A stretch of DNA of 20,000 nt from Malacoraja senta (lineage: Eukaryota): the NCBI GenBank assembly GCA_038087875.1, contig JAXLNO010000213.1:495414-515413 (forward strand). The letters are read 5' to 3'. Of this stretch, positions 1 to 10,600 are shown one piece after another. The position numbers and the translations under genes are program-made. The notes below the pieces were generated by a model. The model worked only from the letters and a program-made list of their open reading frames with translations, was not told the DNA's origin and did not search any database. How positions within the stretch are numbered: position 1 is the first letter of the stretch; each line of letters opens with the position of its first letter.

Positions 1-196
1 TAACAGTTCCCCTTAGCCATCATCTGTCCAATATTCCACAATTTTCACCCTCAAGATATCAAATGCTATGGCCTCCCCCATGCATAGTTATGTCTCAAAC
101 TAAAATTACCTCCGGATCGAATTCATCTCCATCTGCGCTGTCTCGGGTAAGCAGTCACCAGAATAAAGGACTATATTCATTTCACCAGTTCTCAAG

Positions 197-1838
197 ATCA
201 TAAATTATAGGAGTAGAATTGGGCCATTCGGCCCATTTAGTCTATTCCGGCATTCAATCGTGGCTGATCTCTACCTCCTAACCCCATTTTCCTGCCTCCT
301 CCCCATAACCATTGACACCCGTTCTAATCAAGAATTTGTCTATCGCTGCCTTTAAAATATCCACTAACTTCCTTTCCACACCCACACTGCCTATGCCGTT
401 CATTGTTCTGTAAGTTTCAATGAGGTTCCCGTCTCAACCTTCTAATCTCATACGAGTACATGCCCAGTGCTGTCAAACGCGTACCATGTGCTAACCCACT
501 CATTCCTGGAATAATTCCTGTAAACCTCCTATGGACCCTCTCCAGAGCCAGGACATCCTTCCTCAGATGTTCTGCACACATTTTCTCACATTACTCCAAA
601 TGTGGGCCTGACCAGGGCCTTATGGATCCTCAGCATTACATCTCTGTTTTTGTATTCCAGTCCTCTTGGAATTTGCTTTCCTTGCAAATGTACTTTTTGA
701 GAGTCCCACACCAACACTGCAAGTCCCTTTGCACCTCCGATTTCTGGATTCTCTCTCCATTTAGAAAGTAATCTACGCCTTTATTATTTTTACCAAAATG
801 CATGACTCCGCACTCAGCTGTATTGAATCTCATCTGCCCACTCTCCCTACCTGTCCACGTTCTTGTGCGGAGTCCTTACTTCCACTGCACTGCCTGCCCT
901 TCCAACAAGCTTAGCGTCATCTGCACACTTGGGCACAAAGATTTCAATCCACTTAGCCAAATCATTAATATACAACGTGAAGAAAAGCGGCCCCAGCAGC
1001 GACACTTGCAGAACTCCACTGGTCACAGGCTGACAACCTGAATAAGCGCTTTTATTGCAACTCTTTGCCTTCTGCCATCCAGCCGACCCGCTATCCTTGC
1101 TAGTATCTTCCCTTCAGTACCATGGGATCTCATCTTCCCGAGCAGCCTGACGTGCGCACCAGTTCGAAGGCCTTCTGAAAAGCTATGTAATCTACATTTA
1201 CAGCCTACCTTCTGGCTGTCCCGCTATGAACTTCCTCAAAGAACTACAGCGGATTCGTCAGGCAAGATCTTCCCTTCACAAAACCATCCTGATTCGGCCC
1301 ATTTCATCGTGAACTTCGAAGTAACCTCATCCTTTATATTGGCTCTATAATCTTATCTACCGTCGAAGTCAGGCTTACCGGCCTAGAGTTCCCGCTCTTC
1401 TACTCTGCTCCCTCCTTGTTCAGCGGTTTGATATTCGCAATTTTCCAACCTGCAGGAACTACTCCTAACTCTAATTATTCTAGAAATATCACAACAAATG
1501 CTTCCACAATCTCCGAGCCCACCTCCTTCAGAACCCTGGGGTGCAGTCCAACCGGTCCAGGCGACTTATCCACTCTCAGACCTTTCAGTTTTCCTCGCAC
1601 ATTCTCCTAAGTAATCACTACTCCGCTATCTTCCTCCCCTGACTCTCTGGGATTGCAGTCACTTCCTGGTGTCTTTCACTGTGAATACTAATGCAAAAAC
1701 CTTATTCAATTCCTCTGCCATTTGTTGATTTCCCGTTATCTTTTCCCCCGCATCATTCTCCAGCGGCCCAACGTCCAAACTTGCCTCTTGTTTACTCTTT
1801 ATATATCCTTAGATACTCTTGCAATCATCTTTTATATT
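197..1838 (-). mobile_element. Degenerate CR1-clade (HER1-like) LINE: ORF2 reverse transcriptase region through the 3' end
   Basis: The minus strand gives decayed CR1 RT motifs in order: DKSPGPxGLHPRVLKEV (~1520-1570), GFVKGRSCLTN (~1250-1290), VTSGVLQVSLLGPLFFTLYIND (~960-1026), KCADDAKL (~908-931) and MRFNTAECGVMHFGKNN...ERIQKSEVQRDL (ORF 636-833). A typical CR1 3' UTR/tail lies at 197-380. Many stops and frameshifts. Confidence 0.9.
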
Positions 1839-2000
1839 AAGAGAGAGTTGCATATAGCGCTTAGGGCTAACGGAATAAAGTGATATGTGCAGAAAGCAGG
1901 AACGGGGTATTGATTCTGGATGAAACGCCATGATCATATTCAATGGCGGTGCAGCCTCAAGGGGCCCAATAGCCTATCCTGCGTCTATTTTCTATGTCTC
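1839..2000 (+). mobile_element. Short 5'-truncated CR1 3'-end fragment nested in the older CR1
   Basis: Resembles the plus-strand CR1 3' end at 11560-11789 (gccatgatcatattcaatggcggtgc...ctattttctatgt). The host minus-strand CR1 appears to resume at 2001. Confidence 0.75.
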
Positions 2001-2045
2001 TATTGGCTAGCTTACATTTGTGCTTCATCTTTCCTCTCCGCATTT
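2001..2045 (-). mobile_element. Continuation of the minus-strand CR1 beyond the nested insertion
   Basis: tattggctagcttac...catctttcctctccgcatt joins naturally to tttatatt at 1831-1838, based on my recall of the CR1 ORF2 sequence. Confidence 0.55.
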
Positions 2046-2099
2046 AGACGAACGGTCCTTTTATAAGCGAAGAATATAGCTCAGATCTCCCAAATGACA

Positions 2100-2610
2100 C
2101 CATCGCGGACAGAGCACGTATTTCAGCTGCTTTTCTTCAGTAACTAACATGCATCAGCACCATAACCCAGGAATCAGCACACATTCTCGACTCTATCCTC
2201 GACTTTCTGACCGACAGTGAGGATAGGTGTCAATACCTGCTGTGCATAAAATAAACGTTACCATTGGTTCGCCTGAGCGACGTGTTCTCAGTCCCCTGCA
2301 ATATTTCCTAGACGCTCATGACTTGCGAGCAAGTTCGACTCGAGCCCCATCTATAAATTTGCAGATGAAGCCACTGTGGCGGGCCGGTTCAAGAACAATG
2401 ACGGGACTAAATACAGGTGGGATATAGGGAAGTTGAAACATGGCACCAGGACAAAAACCTCGCCCTGAATACACGCAAGACTGAGGTGTTGATTATCAAC
2501 TCCAGGAAGTATACTGGAGTACCTGCCCAAATCAGCATCAATTGTGCAGAAGAGTAAATGGTTGAGACATTCATGTTCCTTGGAGATAGTATTACCAATG
2601 GTCTTCGTTT
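2100..2610 (+). mobile_element. Highly decayed Rex1/Babar LINE RT fragment
   Basis: Frameshifted motifs IGSPERRVLSPLQYFLDAHD (cf. TGAPQGCVLSPLLYSLYTHD), IYKFADEATVAGR, and WHQDKNLALNTRKTEVLIINSRK (cf. WCQDNNLxLNVxKTKELIIDFRK). Confidence 0.75.
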
Positions 2611-2771
2611 GATGTGATTGAATGTATGTATTGTCACCTGTTTTCTTTCAATAACATGGAAAACAAACATTTTCGGTTTAGCGTGGTACACGTACTAATA
2701 ATAAACATTAATCTGCATTCCGCATTATGGTATATTTTTCTTTGCACTGCCTGCTGCGCTTATACATAACG

Positions 2772-3035
2772 TATAGAAATGTACAGCACAGGAAAAAGCA
2801 TTTCGGCCCGTAACGTCTGGGCCGACCATGATTAATTAATTAAGTTAAATTAATGTCATCTGCTTACACATGATGCATATCCCTCAAGCCTTTGCTAACA
2901 TCCTCCACCAACAACATTGGAAGCGCGGCCAGGCATCTGCCACCCTCTGTGTGAAGAAACGTGCCCCACACATTTCAGTTGAACTGATCTCTCTTACGTC
3001 AAAGCCATGCCTTCTAGCCTTTGTATTTTCATCAA
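2772..3035 (-). mobile_element. Old CR1 3'-end fragment, different subfamily
   Basis: tacagcacaggaaaaagcatttcggccc...ccaccctctgtgtgaagaaac resembles a reverse-complemented CR1 3' end. Confidence 0.6.
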
Positions 3036-3096
3036 TATGCTAAAACTTTAACGCCCTCTCCAAATCCTTCGTACCCTGCAGCGGAGAGCAGATGGG

Positions 3097-3256
3097 TCAG
3101 TAGGTCAGGCAGCATTTGCGGTGGGGATAGACAGACGTTGTTTCCCGATAGGTCCTTTCCCCAGAGCTCTTCGTGGTCCCGACACAAAACGCCGTCTGTC
3201 CATTCCCTGCACAGATGCAGCCCGAACCGCGGATTTCCTCCATCCATTTGTGTTTT
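3097..3256. mobile_element. Decayed palindromic Penelope-type (pLTR-derived) short element
   Basis: Imperfect inverted arms (ggcagcatttgcg...gacagacg / cgtctgtc...cagatgcagcc) with the same layout as the better-preserved copies at 14025 and 15547. Confidence 0.5.
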
Positions 3257-4191
3257 CCTCTCATTGTTTATTCCGCTTGAGATTAGCTACAGCAACTATA
3301 ACGCAGTCAGATATAGTGAGATATGTAACCGTGCAAATGAAGCATAAGACGGAATAGGAGGGAACGACATATGACACAGCGCAGCAGTAGAAAAAGGGAA
3401 GGACAAGACAGAAAACGATAGGTGGAATATAGTCTAAGATTTACTGTTAGGATTTGAACATGCTTCTCCTGTCGCTCTCCGTTGGCGGAGACAAACCCAC
3501 AAGAGTTTATGGCACTTTCCACTGTGAACTTTCAAATGACGGAGCTCGCGGATATTTACTTTGATTCGTTCATGCGCTCGTGATTGCCGCCCAGTTCTGT
3601 TTCCTGCGGGTCAATAACAGTCAGCAGATCAGAGTATCACTAATGTGAAGAACACCATCCGGTTTTTGATAATTTCGCTACCTCCCATTTAATATATAAT
3701 TCCAAATTATTCGTCGGGATGTCGTGCTTCAAATTAGCTCGTAATTCCACACTGTATTATTTATGGTTTTGCCATGGAGCAAGTCCAAGATCCGCAACCT
3801 CACACCCCTGTTCCCATCCCCCCTTTGGACCATGTCCCCCGCTTCTCAGGTTAAGTCCCACATCCAGCAGACGTTCGGTAGTGAAACAGTCACGATATAA
3901 ATTAAAAAAAAACGATTGTACGGGTGCATTTAAAGGAAAGGTTAAAATGTATGTGAAAGAATCGCAGTGAAAACAAACTCGCGTTGACGGGGCATCGCGG
4001 TTAGCGGGGATGAGTTGAGCCAAATAACTAGATTCAATGCAGTAAGGCTTGTGAATTGGATTGGTGATTCAAATGGCCATTATACCCTGTTCTATGAAAG
4101 TATGTGCGCAGTAGAAATTAAGCAGTTGAGTGAGAATATTGGGAGATCAAACTGGGTTGAGATCAAATGTATGTTGAGCTATCGGTATAGA

Positions 4192-5126
4192 TCAAGTAGC
4201 CTGCTTCTGTAATGTATGGGCCCACGAACAAACAAGTGCACGGATTCTTCTCAGTGGGAATTTAATCGCGTTCAACAGCTCCTGTCTGAATTTACTCTGG
4301 GTCACCACGTAAATACACGTGTTGGTGCAGGAACTGAGCAGCTGTAAGAACCCAGACGTGACACGCGTGATATAGTAATAACCGGTGGGGGAGCCGTCAT
4401 ATCCGGTCTTCGCAATTCTGGTAAAGATGTAAAAGACAGCTTGTGTTGCCCACAGCAATATGAAAGTGCCCGTGATACTAAAGAGTAAAACAATTGATTT
4501 CCTGCGGTTCTCCATCTCCGTGTCCTTGTCATTCTCTCCCTTGCTGCGGCCCCGGAGCCCCCTGCGGACTCTGCTGGCCGCTACAATCCGCCTGACCGTC
4601 AGCACATTGAGCAGAAGAATCAGAAAGACCGGGACACAAGGGGTTAGAATGCGATGTGTGACATCATATGCGATCCATGCAGACGACGTATAGAAGGTGG
4701 GTTTTTCGGAGCAACGCCAGGGAAGATTATCAAACACGTAGCGAGGTTCTAACGTGAAACACCGGGGGGCGTTCTCTAAACAGCCCAGCACACCCACTGC
4801 CCCGATAATCACAGCCGCCGTTCTCTCGGTGCAATATCTTGTTTTCAGCTTCTCACAACAGATAGCCACAAACCGATCGAAGGTGAAGGCGACCGTCAGC
4901 CAGACAGAGACCGCGGTGGTTGTAAAGACCAGGAAATGGATAGTCGCGCACACGGGAGTAATGTTCAGAAAAGATTCCGGGAAGTGAACTAGAATAGTCT
5001 GACGTAGAAACGGATCGGTGATGCCGACCAGAAGATCAGACGCTGCCATGGCCACCAGGTAGAGAGTGATGCATTTGGAGAGACCGCATTTACCTCGACA
5101 GAGAATCACAATCGCCAGCAAGTTCA
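4192..5126 (-). CDS. Exon 2 (terminal coding exon) of a class A orphan GPCR, GPR139/GPR142-like
   Basis: Open frame with a 7TM pattern: N1.50 (VNLLAIVIL), TM2 LVAMAASDLLV, C3.25 (PVCA), TM3 SVWLTVAFTFDRFVAIC, ECL2 Cys (WRCSEK), TM5 PCVPVFLILLLN, TM6 FILLWAT, TM7 SSCTNTCIY and helix 8 SKFRQEL. Preceded on the minus strand by a polypyrimidine acceptor tctctcttctctctcacacag|TG. TGA stop at 4194-4192. Confidence 0.93.
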
Positions 5127-5239
5127 CTGTGTGAGAGAGAAGAGAGATCACTGACACAAGACCCGCACAAAAGTATCTGAGTAACATTTTCTGATTGGAA
5201 TGTTTTCAAAGTTGGATGCGTTGACCAAATGAAATTTAG

Positions 5240-5579
5240 CCCCGACGGAGTTCAGAGAGTGCAGCCTTTGGACCATGGTGTCCACGCAACTCATCAAACA
5301 CCAATGTATATTACGCTCACAGCTTTTAATTCTCCCCACGTTCTTATCAACTGTCTCCCAGATTGCAGCATCCATCTACACAAAGTCTCGTATACAGTAG
5401 TTACAGAAACCACTAATAGGCAGCAGCTCAATTGCATGTGGGAGGAAACAAGAGCGCAGCCAGGAGTAGCGCGGCGTCGGAGGACGAACGATGAAACATT
5501 GCACAAATAGCACGGGAGGTAGAGAATGAACCTGCGTCTCCGGAACTGTGCGACACCTGCAGTGCTGACTGTGGCACGG
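5240..5579 (-). mobile_element. Old tRNA-derived V-SINE/HE1-like SINE in the GPCR intron
   Basis: Plus strand tgtgggaggaaac...aaacattgcacaaatagcac...gaacctgcgtctc...gtggcac resembles the reverse complement of the V-SINE core and tRNA head. A decayed B-box-like ggttcattc lies on the minus strand near 5524-5532. Confidence 0.7.
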
Positions 5580-5815
5580 TAGCGAGGATGTACGCATAAT
5601 TCTGAGGATATTCATTTGAATTTACACATCGTCCAAAGGAGAGGATATCAAGATACATAAATTTAACAGACATAACATTACGTGACAGCATTTGTTTACA
5701 ATTCAATTTACACATGGTAAAATCGTGACACTTTCATAGAGTCAGAGCCCAGTACGTGACATTCACTTGCTTTCTCTAATGAGCTGTAGAATTACAGGTC
5801 TCAAATTTGATAATA

Positions 5816-6362
5816 GTTCTTGGTTTCTTGGTTCTCCAAAATATTACAAATGGAATTTAAACTGGAGTTGGTGTTAGGGAGGACTTATGCCAGAAAGGGT
5901 TTTTGGGAAGAAAGCGCTACCTTAAATTTAGTTGCATCTGGTTGGGTAACTATGGCAGGGTGAAGATTATTCCATGCTTTAATTGTGTGGGGGAAGAACG
6001 AATTGCTGTACACATCTGTCTTGGTAGTTGGAATCACAAATTGGATGGAATGCCCTCGTCTGCTCCTAATTGGTTTGGGTTTGGTGTAGGTCTTGGAATC
6101 TATGACGGGCTGACAATTTAACATTTTGTAAAAGCAGGTCAAACGGTGAGCTTCACGTCTGTCTTGGAGAGGGTTCCACCCCAGAGAATTTAGAAGTTTG
6201 GTAACACTCACTTATCTCTCATAGGTGTTAGTAACATCTCGAGCTGCCTGTCTATGGGCACGTTCGATGGAAGAAATGCTGCAACTGCGTAGTCCAAATG
6301 AGGTCTAACGAGGGTGAAGTGTAGCTTCTCCTTGACAGAAGTTGAACAATTATGAAAGTTGC
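5816..6362 (-). mobile_element. 5'-truncated non-LTR retrotransposon (CR1/L2-group) ORF2 C-terminus with a short (AACCAAG)n-like tail, in the GPCR intron
   Basis: Translation NFHNCSTSVKEKLHFTLVRPHLDYA...ERAHRQAAR...SVTKLLNSLGWNPLQDRR...RLTCFYK...SFFPHTIKAWNNL. The tail reads gaaccaagaaaccaagaac on the minus strand at ~5816-5835. Confidence 0.8.
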
Positions 6363-6843
6363 TTCACGTAGCGACGGCTGAAGAAAATATATCGATTATA
6401 TATTCAGTTTAGCAGGGTTGTCCGATTGGGAACAGATGTAATTTCACTAACTGGTTTCAGACTATCCATGGAAGGAGCCCAAGATGCCATCTCCCAGCTC
6501 CTGGTCAACATATATCCAATCTCAGAGTCTCCTAACTGGAAGAAGGACACTCCTGCAACTATTGTCTATTGTCTGCTGTCTATTGTAATTATCTGATACC
6601 TGCTCTCTGGCCAGGGCTCCGGCCAACGCATTCAGTACAGAGAGTGATAAAGGCCACGATAAACAACGCGCATGACGTACACATTACGGCAGTTACAGTA
6701 GGTAAATGGATGCCTGACCAAATTAAACAAGTGAATTATTGAAACAGACAAAAACATGTTTGTTTAACCACGGCAGCGGCGGAGAACACGGAATGTCTCC
6801 CAGCTAATGCACGTACATGAAAATCAAAGACCAAACAAATTAC

Positions 6844-6913
6844 CGGAAACAGCGACAGCCGCTATTACAGGGTAATATATATCTTCAATTCGATAGATCA
6901 ACGGATATCCCAT
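6844..6913 (-). CDS. Exon 1 of the GPCR (MGYPLIYRIEDIYYPVIAAVAVS + G); missed by the ORF track
   Basis: ATG in good Kozak context (gctATGG) at 6913-6911. The exon is 70 nt and ends at the donor G|GTAATT (6844/6843). The phase-1 join G|TG restores Val-Asn in frame with exon 2 and completes TM1 (IYYPVIAAVAVSVNLLAIVIL). Total CDS is 1005 nt = 334 aa plus stop. Confidence 0.88.
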
Positions 6914-6998
6914 AGCTGGAAGACACAATTAACTCATGTGGCTCCGTCAGTCCGTCAACGCTGCAACTCCGTGGCGATGCGTTTTGGTGGGCACCGAG

Positions 6999-7005
6999 AT
7001 ATATA
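6999..7005 (-). promoter_or_regulatory. Candidate TATA box of the GPCR gene
   Basis: TATATAT in a GC-richer context about 86 bp upstream of the ATG. Position only; no transcript evidence. Confidence 0.45.
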
Positions 7006-7148
7006 GAGCGATAGGTCTCCAGCGACATGACCTCATACCTGCTGATTGTCATTAGTGACACTCACGGAACAAACACCTTGCATCACAGCCGCTGAATCAA
7101 TCCACCACGGGGGATTACAAGCAAATAATTGAAGGATTGACAAAAAAA

Positions 7149-7260
7149 ACACAAAAGAGTCGCTGAACTCTGAGTTCTGAATAACGGCCCCGATCCGAAA
7201 CGTCACCTGTACATGTTCACAAAAATCGTTGCACGATCCCTTGAGTTAATCCAGCACTTT
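7149..7260 (+). mobile_element. Collapsed Penelope-type palindromic element remnant
   Basis: acacaaaa...ctgaataacggccccgatccgaaacgtcacc...tgagttaatccagcacttt has the same architecture as the 14025/15547 elements. Confidence 0.55.
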
Positions 7261-7494
7261 ACTTCGATGAAAATAAGAATTAATGTTTTCCAATGAAAGA
7301 ATGGTCCATGGCACTGTGATGTTTCATTTAATGTTGGTGTGATTTCGATGAATTTCTCCAGGGCTCCAGACTGAAATATAAATGTATCTAAACTACCAGC
7401 ACTGAATATTCAGGTACATGCAAGCCAATCTCCCACTGCAACTTTCAATATTTTATTGCGAAAATAAAGCATTATTTATTTCTGGCGAAGGTGC

Positions 7495-7652
7495 AATAGG
7501 GTCAATAGACAATAGAGAATAGATAATATGTGCAAGAGTAGGCCATTTGGCCCATCGAGCCAGCACCGCCTTTAAATGTGATCATGGCTGATCATCCCCA
7601 ATCAGTACCCCGTTCCTGCCTTCTCCCCATGTCCACAGACTCTTCTATCTTT
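7495..7652 (-). mobile_element. CR1 3' end with a (CTATTGT)-like tail, truncated at the L1 tail
   Basis: caatagacaatag...gagtaggccatttggcccatcgagccagcaccgcc...gttcctgccttctcccc is the reverse complement of a CR1 3' UTR (compare 11640-11789). Confidence 0.85.
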
Positions 7653-10600
7653 CTTTCTTTCTTTTACAATCTTTTTATTGTTTTTTTTTCAAAAAACAAA
7701 ACAAAAATAAAACATAAAAAACAGAGAAAAAGAATAATGATAAACATAACAATGGTTTTGATACATAGGGATCATGATTACATTAATAACAGGTATGACC
7801 TAATATGAGACCAGTGTCAACATACACAATGACTATAGACCTCTCTATGTAAATATAGTTACACCTTTAAAAGGAAACTTATCAATGTAAAAAAAACACA
7901 AAGATAAAAAGACAAAAGAAAAAGAAAAAAAGGAAAAAACAAAACCCCCCAAAACTAAAGGGAAAAAAATAAAAATTGATGATAATAAAGTAAGAATAAA
8001 AATAAAATAAATAAAAAAACAAAGCAAAGCAAAACCGAATCTGAACTGAGAATTTCAACAATTTAAGTCTGTTTGTCGTCGAGTCCGTTCCACCCTATAG
8101 AGGTAAAATAGTTTTTATAACGGTTAAAGAGGGAGCAATTTGTGTTGTGTGAAAGTGTTCAATACATTTCCCCCAAGTCTTATCAAATTTAACCAAGGGT
8201 TCAACAATGTCACTCCTGATTTTTTCTAAATTGAAACATGATATCGTTTCAGAATACCACTGGAGTGTGGTCGGAGGGTTGGAGTCTTTCCATTTAAATA
8301 AAATATATCTTCTGGGTATTAATGTGGTAAAAGCAATCAACCGATGGGCGGAGCGGGACAAATGAATAGAATCTAACATTGGTAGACTAAAAATTGCAGT
8401 AATAGGATGAGGTTGTAAATCTATACCTAAGACTACAGAAATAGTATCAACAATTTCTTTCCAATATTTTTCCAAAAGAGGGCAGGACCAAAACATATGG
8501 GTCAGTGAGGCCACTTCAAAATTACATCTGTCACAGGTAGGATTTATATGACCATAAAAACGAGCTAACTTATCTTTTGATATTTGAGCTCTGTGAACCA
8601 CCTTGAATTGTATCAAAGCCTGCCTTGCACACATTGAAGAGGTATTAACTAATTGAAGAATCCTCTCCCATTTCTCTGTAGATAAAAAAAATTGGAGTTC
8701 TCTTTCCCAGTCATTCTTAATGTTATCAAATGTATCTATTTGTAATTTCAAAATCAACTCATAAATAGTCGTTAATTATCCTTTCTGATAAGGGTTCAAC
8801 TGTAAAAAAAAAATCCAAAATTTCGGATTGATGTGGTAACGGAAAAAGCGGTAGAGTAGCCTTCAAAAAATGTCTAATTTGTAAATATCTAAAAAAAATG
8901 TGAATTAGCTAAGTTAAATTTCATTGGAGAGTTGTTCGAAAGACATAAAACAACCCTCCAGAAACAAATCACGAAAAGCTACTAAACCCTTCCTCTCCCA
9001 TAAGAAAAAGATTTGATCAGTATTAGACGGTTGGAAGAGAAAATTGGATAAAATAGGACTCGATAAGATAAAATCAGTTAGTCCAAAAAACTTACGAAAT
9101 TGAAACCATATTCGGACCGTATGTCTTATTATTGGGTTAGTCGTATATTTATTAAATCTCGTAATTGTAAAAAAGTAACGATGCCGCTAGAATAGAAGCC
9201 AATGATAACCCTAGTAAGGAATCACGTTCTGGGTTTATCCATCCTTGGGCATTGGGTATCTTCTAAATCTTTTGTCCAAAATGTTAAATAACGAACATTG
9301 ACCGCCCAATAGTAGAGTCTAAGGTTCGGCAATGCCAAACCACCATTTTTTTTCCTATAAATTATTTTTATCTAATCTGGGATTTTTATTCTGCCATATA
9401 TATGAACAAATTGTGGAATCTATTATATCGAAGAAAGATTTGGCAATACAAATTGGTATCGTCTGAAATAAATACAGAAATGTAGGTAAAATGAACATTT
9501 TAATAGCATTTATTCGGCCAATTAAGGATAAGGACGTTGGTGACCATTTAACAAACTGATGTTTAATATGGTAAATTAAATGCATAAAATTAGCTTTAAA
9601 TAAATCCTTGTGTTTCTTGGTGATCTTAATACGTAAATAAGTAAAACTTTCGGTGGTCAATCTAAATGGAAACTGTCCATAACTCGAAACAACATTATTT
9701 AATGGAAAAAGCTCACTCTTACTAAGATTTAGTTTATAACCAGAAAAAACGACTAAATTGGTTAAGTAATGCTACTATTGTGGAATAGATTTCTCATGGT
9801 TAGAAATAAATAATAACAGATCATCTGCATAAAGAGATAGCTTATGTGTCTTATTCCCGCGGACAATACCAAAAATATTAGGGGATTCCATAATAGCGGT
9901 GGCTAAAGGTTCCAAATCAATATCAAATAGTAAAGGGCTTAAGGGACAACCCTGTCTAGTACATCGAAAGAGCCTGAAAAAAGGGGATCTCTGATTATTA
10001 GTAAATACAGAAGCCTGAGGTATAAGATACATCAGTTTGATCCAAGAGATAAATTTTGGACCAATCTTAAATTTTTCAAGTGTATTGAATAAGTATTCCC
10101 ATTCTATTCTATCTAACGCCTTCTCGGCCTCAAATGAGATGACACATTCTGGGGTTTTATTAGACGCTGTATATACAATATTCATTAATCTCCTAACGTT
10201 GAAGTATGAGTAACGATTTTTAATAAAACCATCTCTGATCTTCAGAGATAATTTGCGGTAAAATCTTTTCCAATCTCATAGCTAATATTTTGGAAAGAAT
10301 TTTGAAATCTACATTTAACATTGATATAGGTCTATATGATGTCACTTCAGTAGGGTCTTTATCTTTTTAAAGAATTAAAGAAATAGAAGCTTCATAAAAA
10401 GATTGTGGTAATCTATTCCTTAAAAAGGCTTCTTTAAATACCTTGCATAGCCATGGAGACAATAAATTTGAAAAATTCTTTAAAAATTCTACTGTAAACC
10501 CATCTAAAGCGGGAGCTTTACCAGAATTCATTGAAAAAATTGCTTTCTGTATTTCTTCTTCCGTGATGGGTTTATCTAACAACAGAGAATCATTATATGG

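Noticed and set aside
2831..2854. AT-rich palindromic patch attaattaattaagttaaattaat
   Set aside because: Short slippage repeat within a decayed CR1 tail.
3260..4190. Non-repeat-looking DNA downstream of the GPCR with short ORFs and candidate poly(A) signals (minus-strand ATTAAA 3688-3693, AATAAA 3267-3272)
   Set aside because: No recognisable protein motif, and the 3' end cannot be assigned without transcripts.
4302..4987. Short ORFs overlapping the GPCR exon in other frames or on the other strand
   Set aside because: Shadow ORFs of the real coding exon with no recognisable motifs.
5127..5187. ORF-track N-terminus MLLRYFCAGLVSVISLLSHT of the GPCR
   Set aside because: It overlaps the polypyrimidine tract and AG acceptor. 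The upstream exon at 6913-6844 supplies a better in-frame TM1 start.
5520..5579. tRNA-like A/B box sequence
   Set aside because: Decayed SINE head; I cannot fold a cloverleaf.
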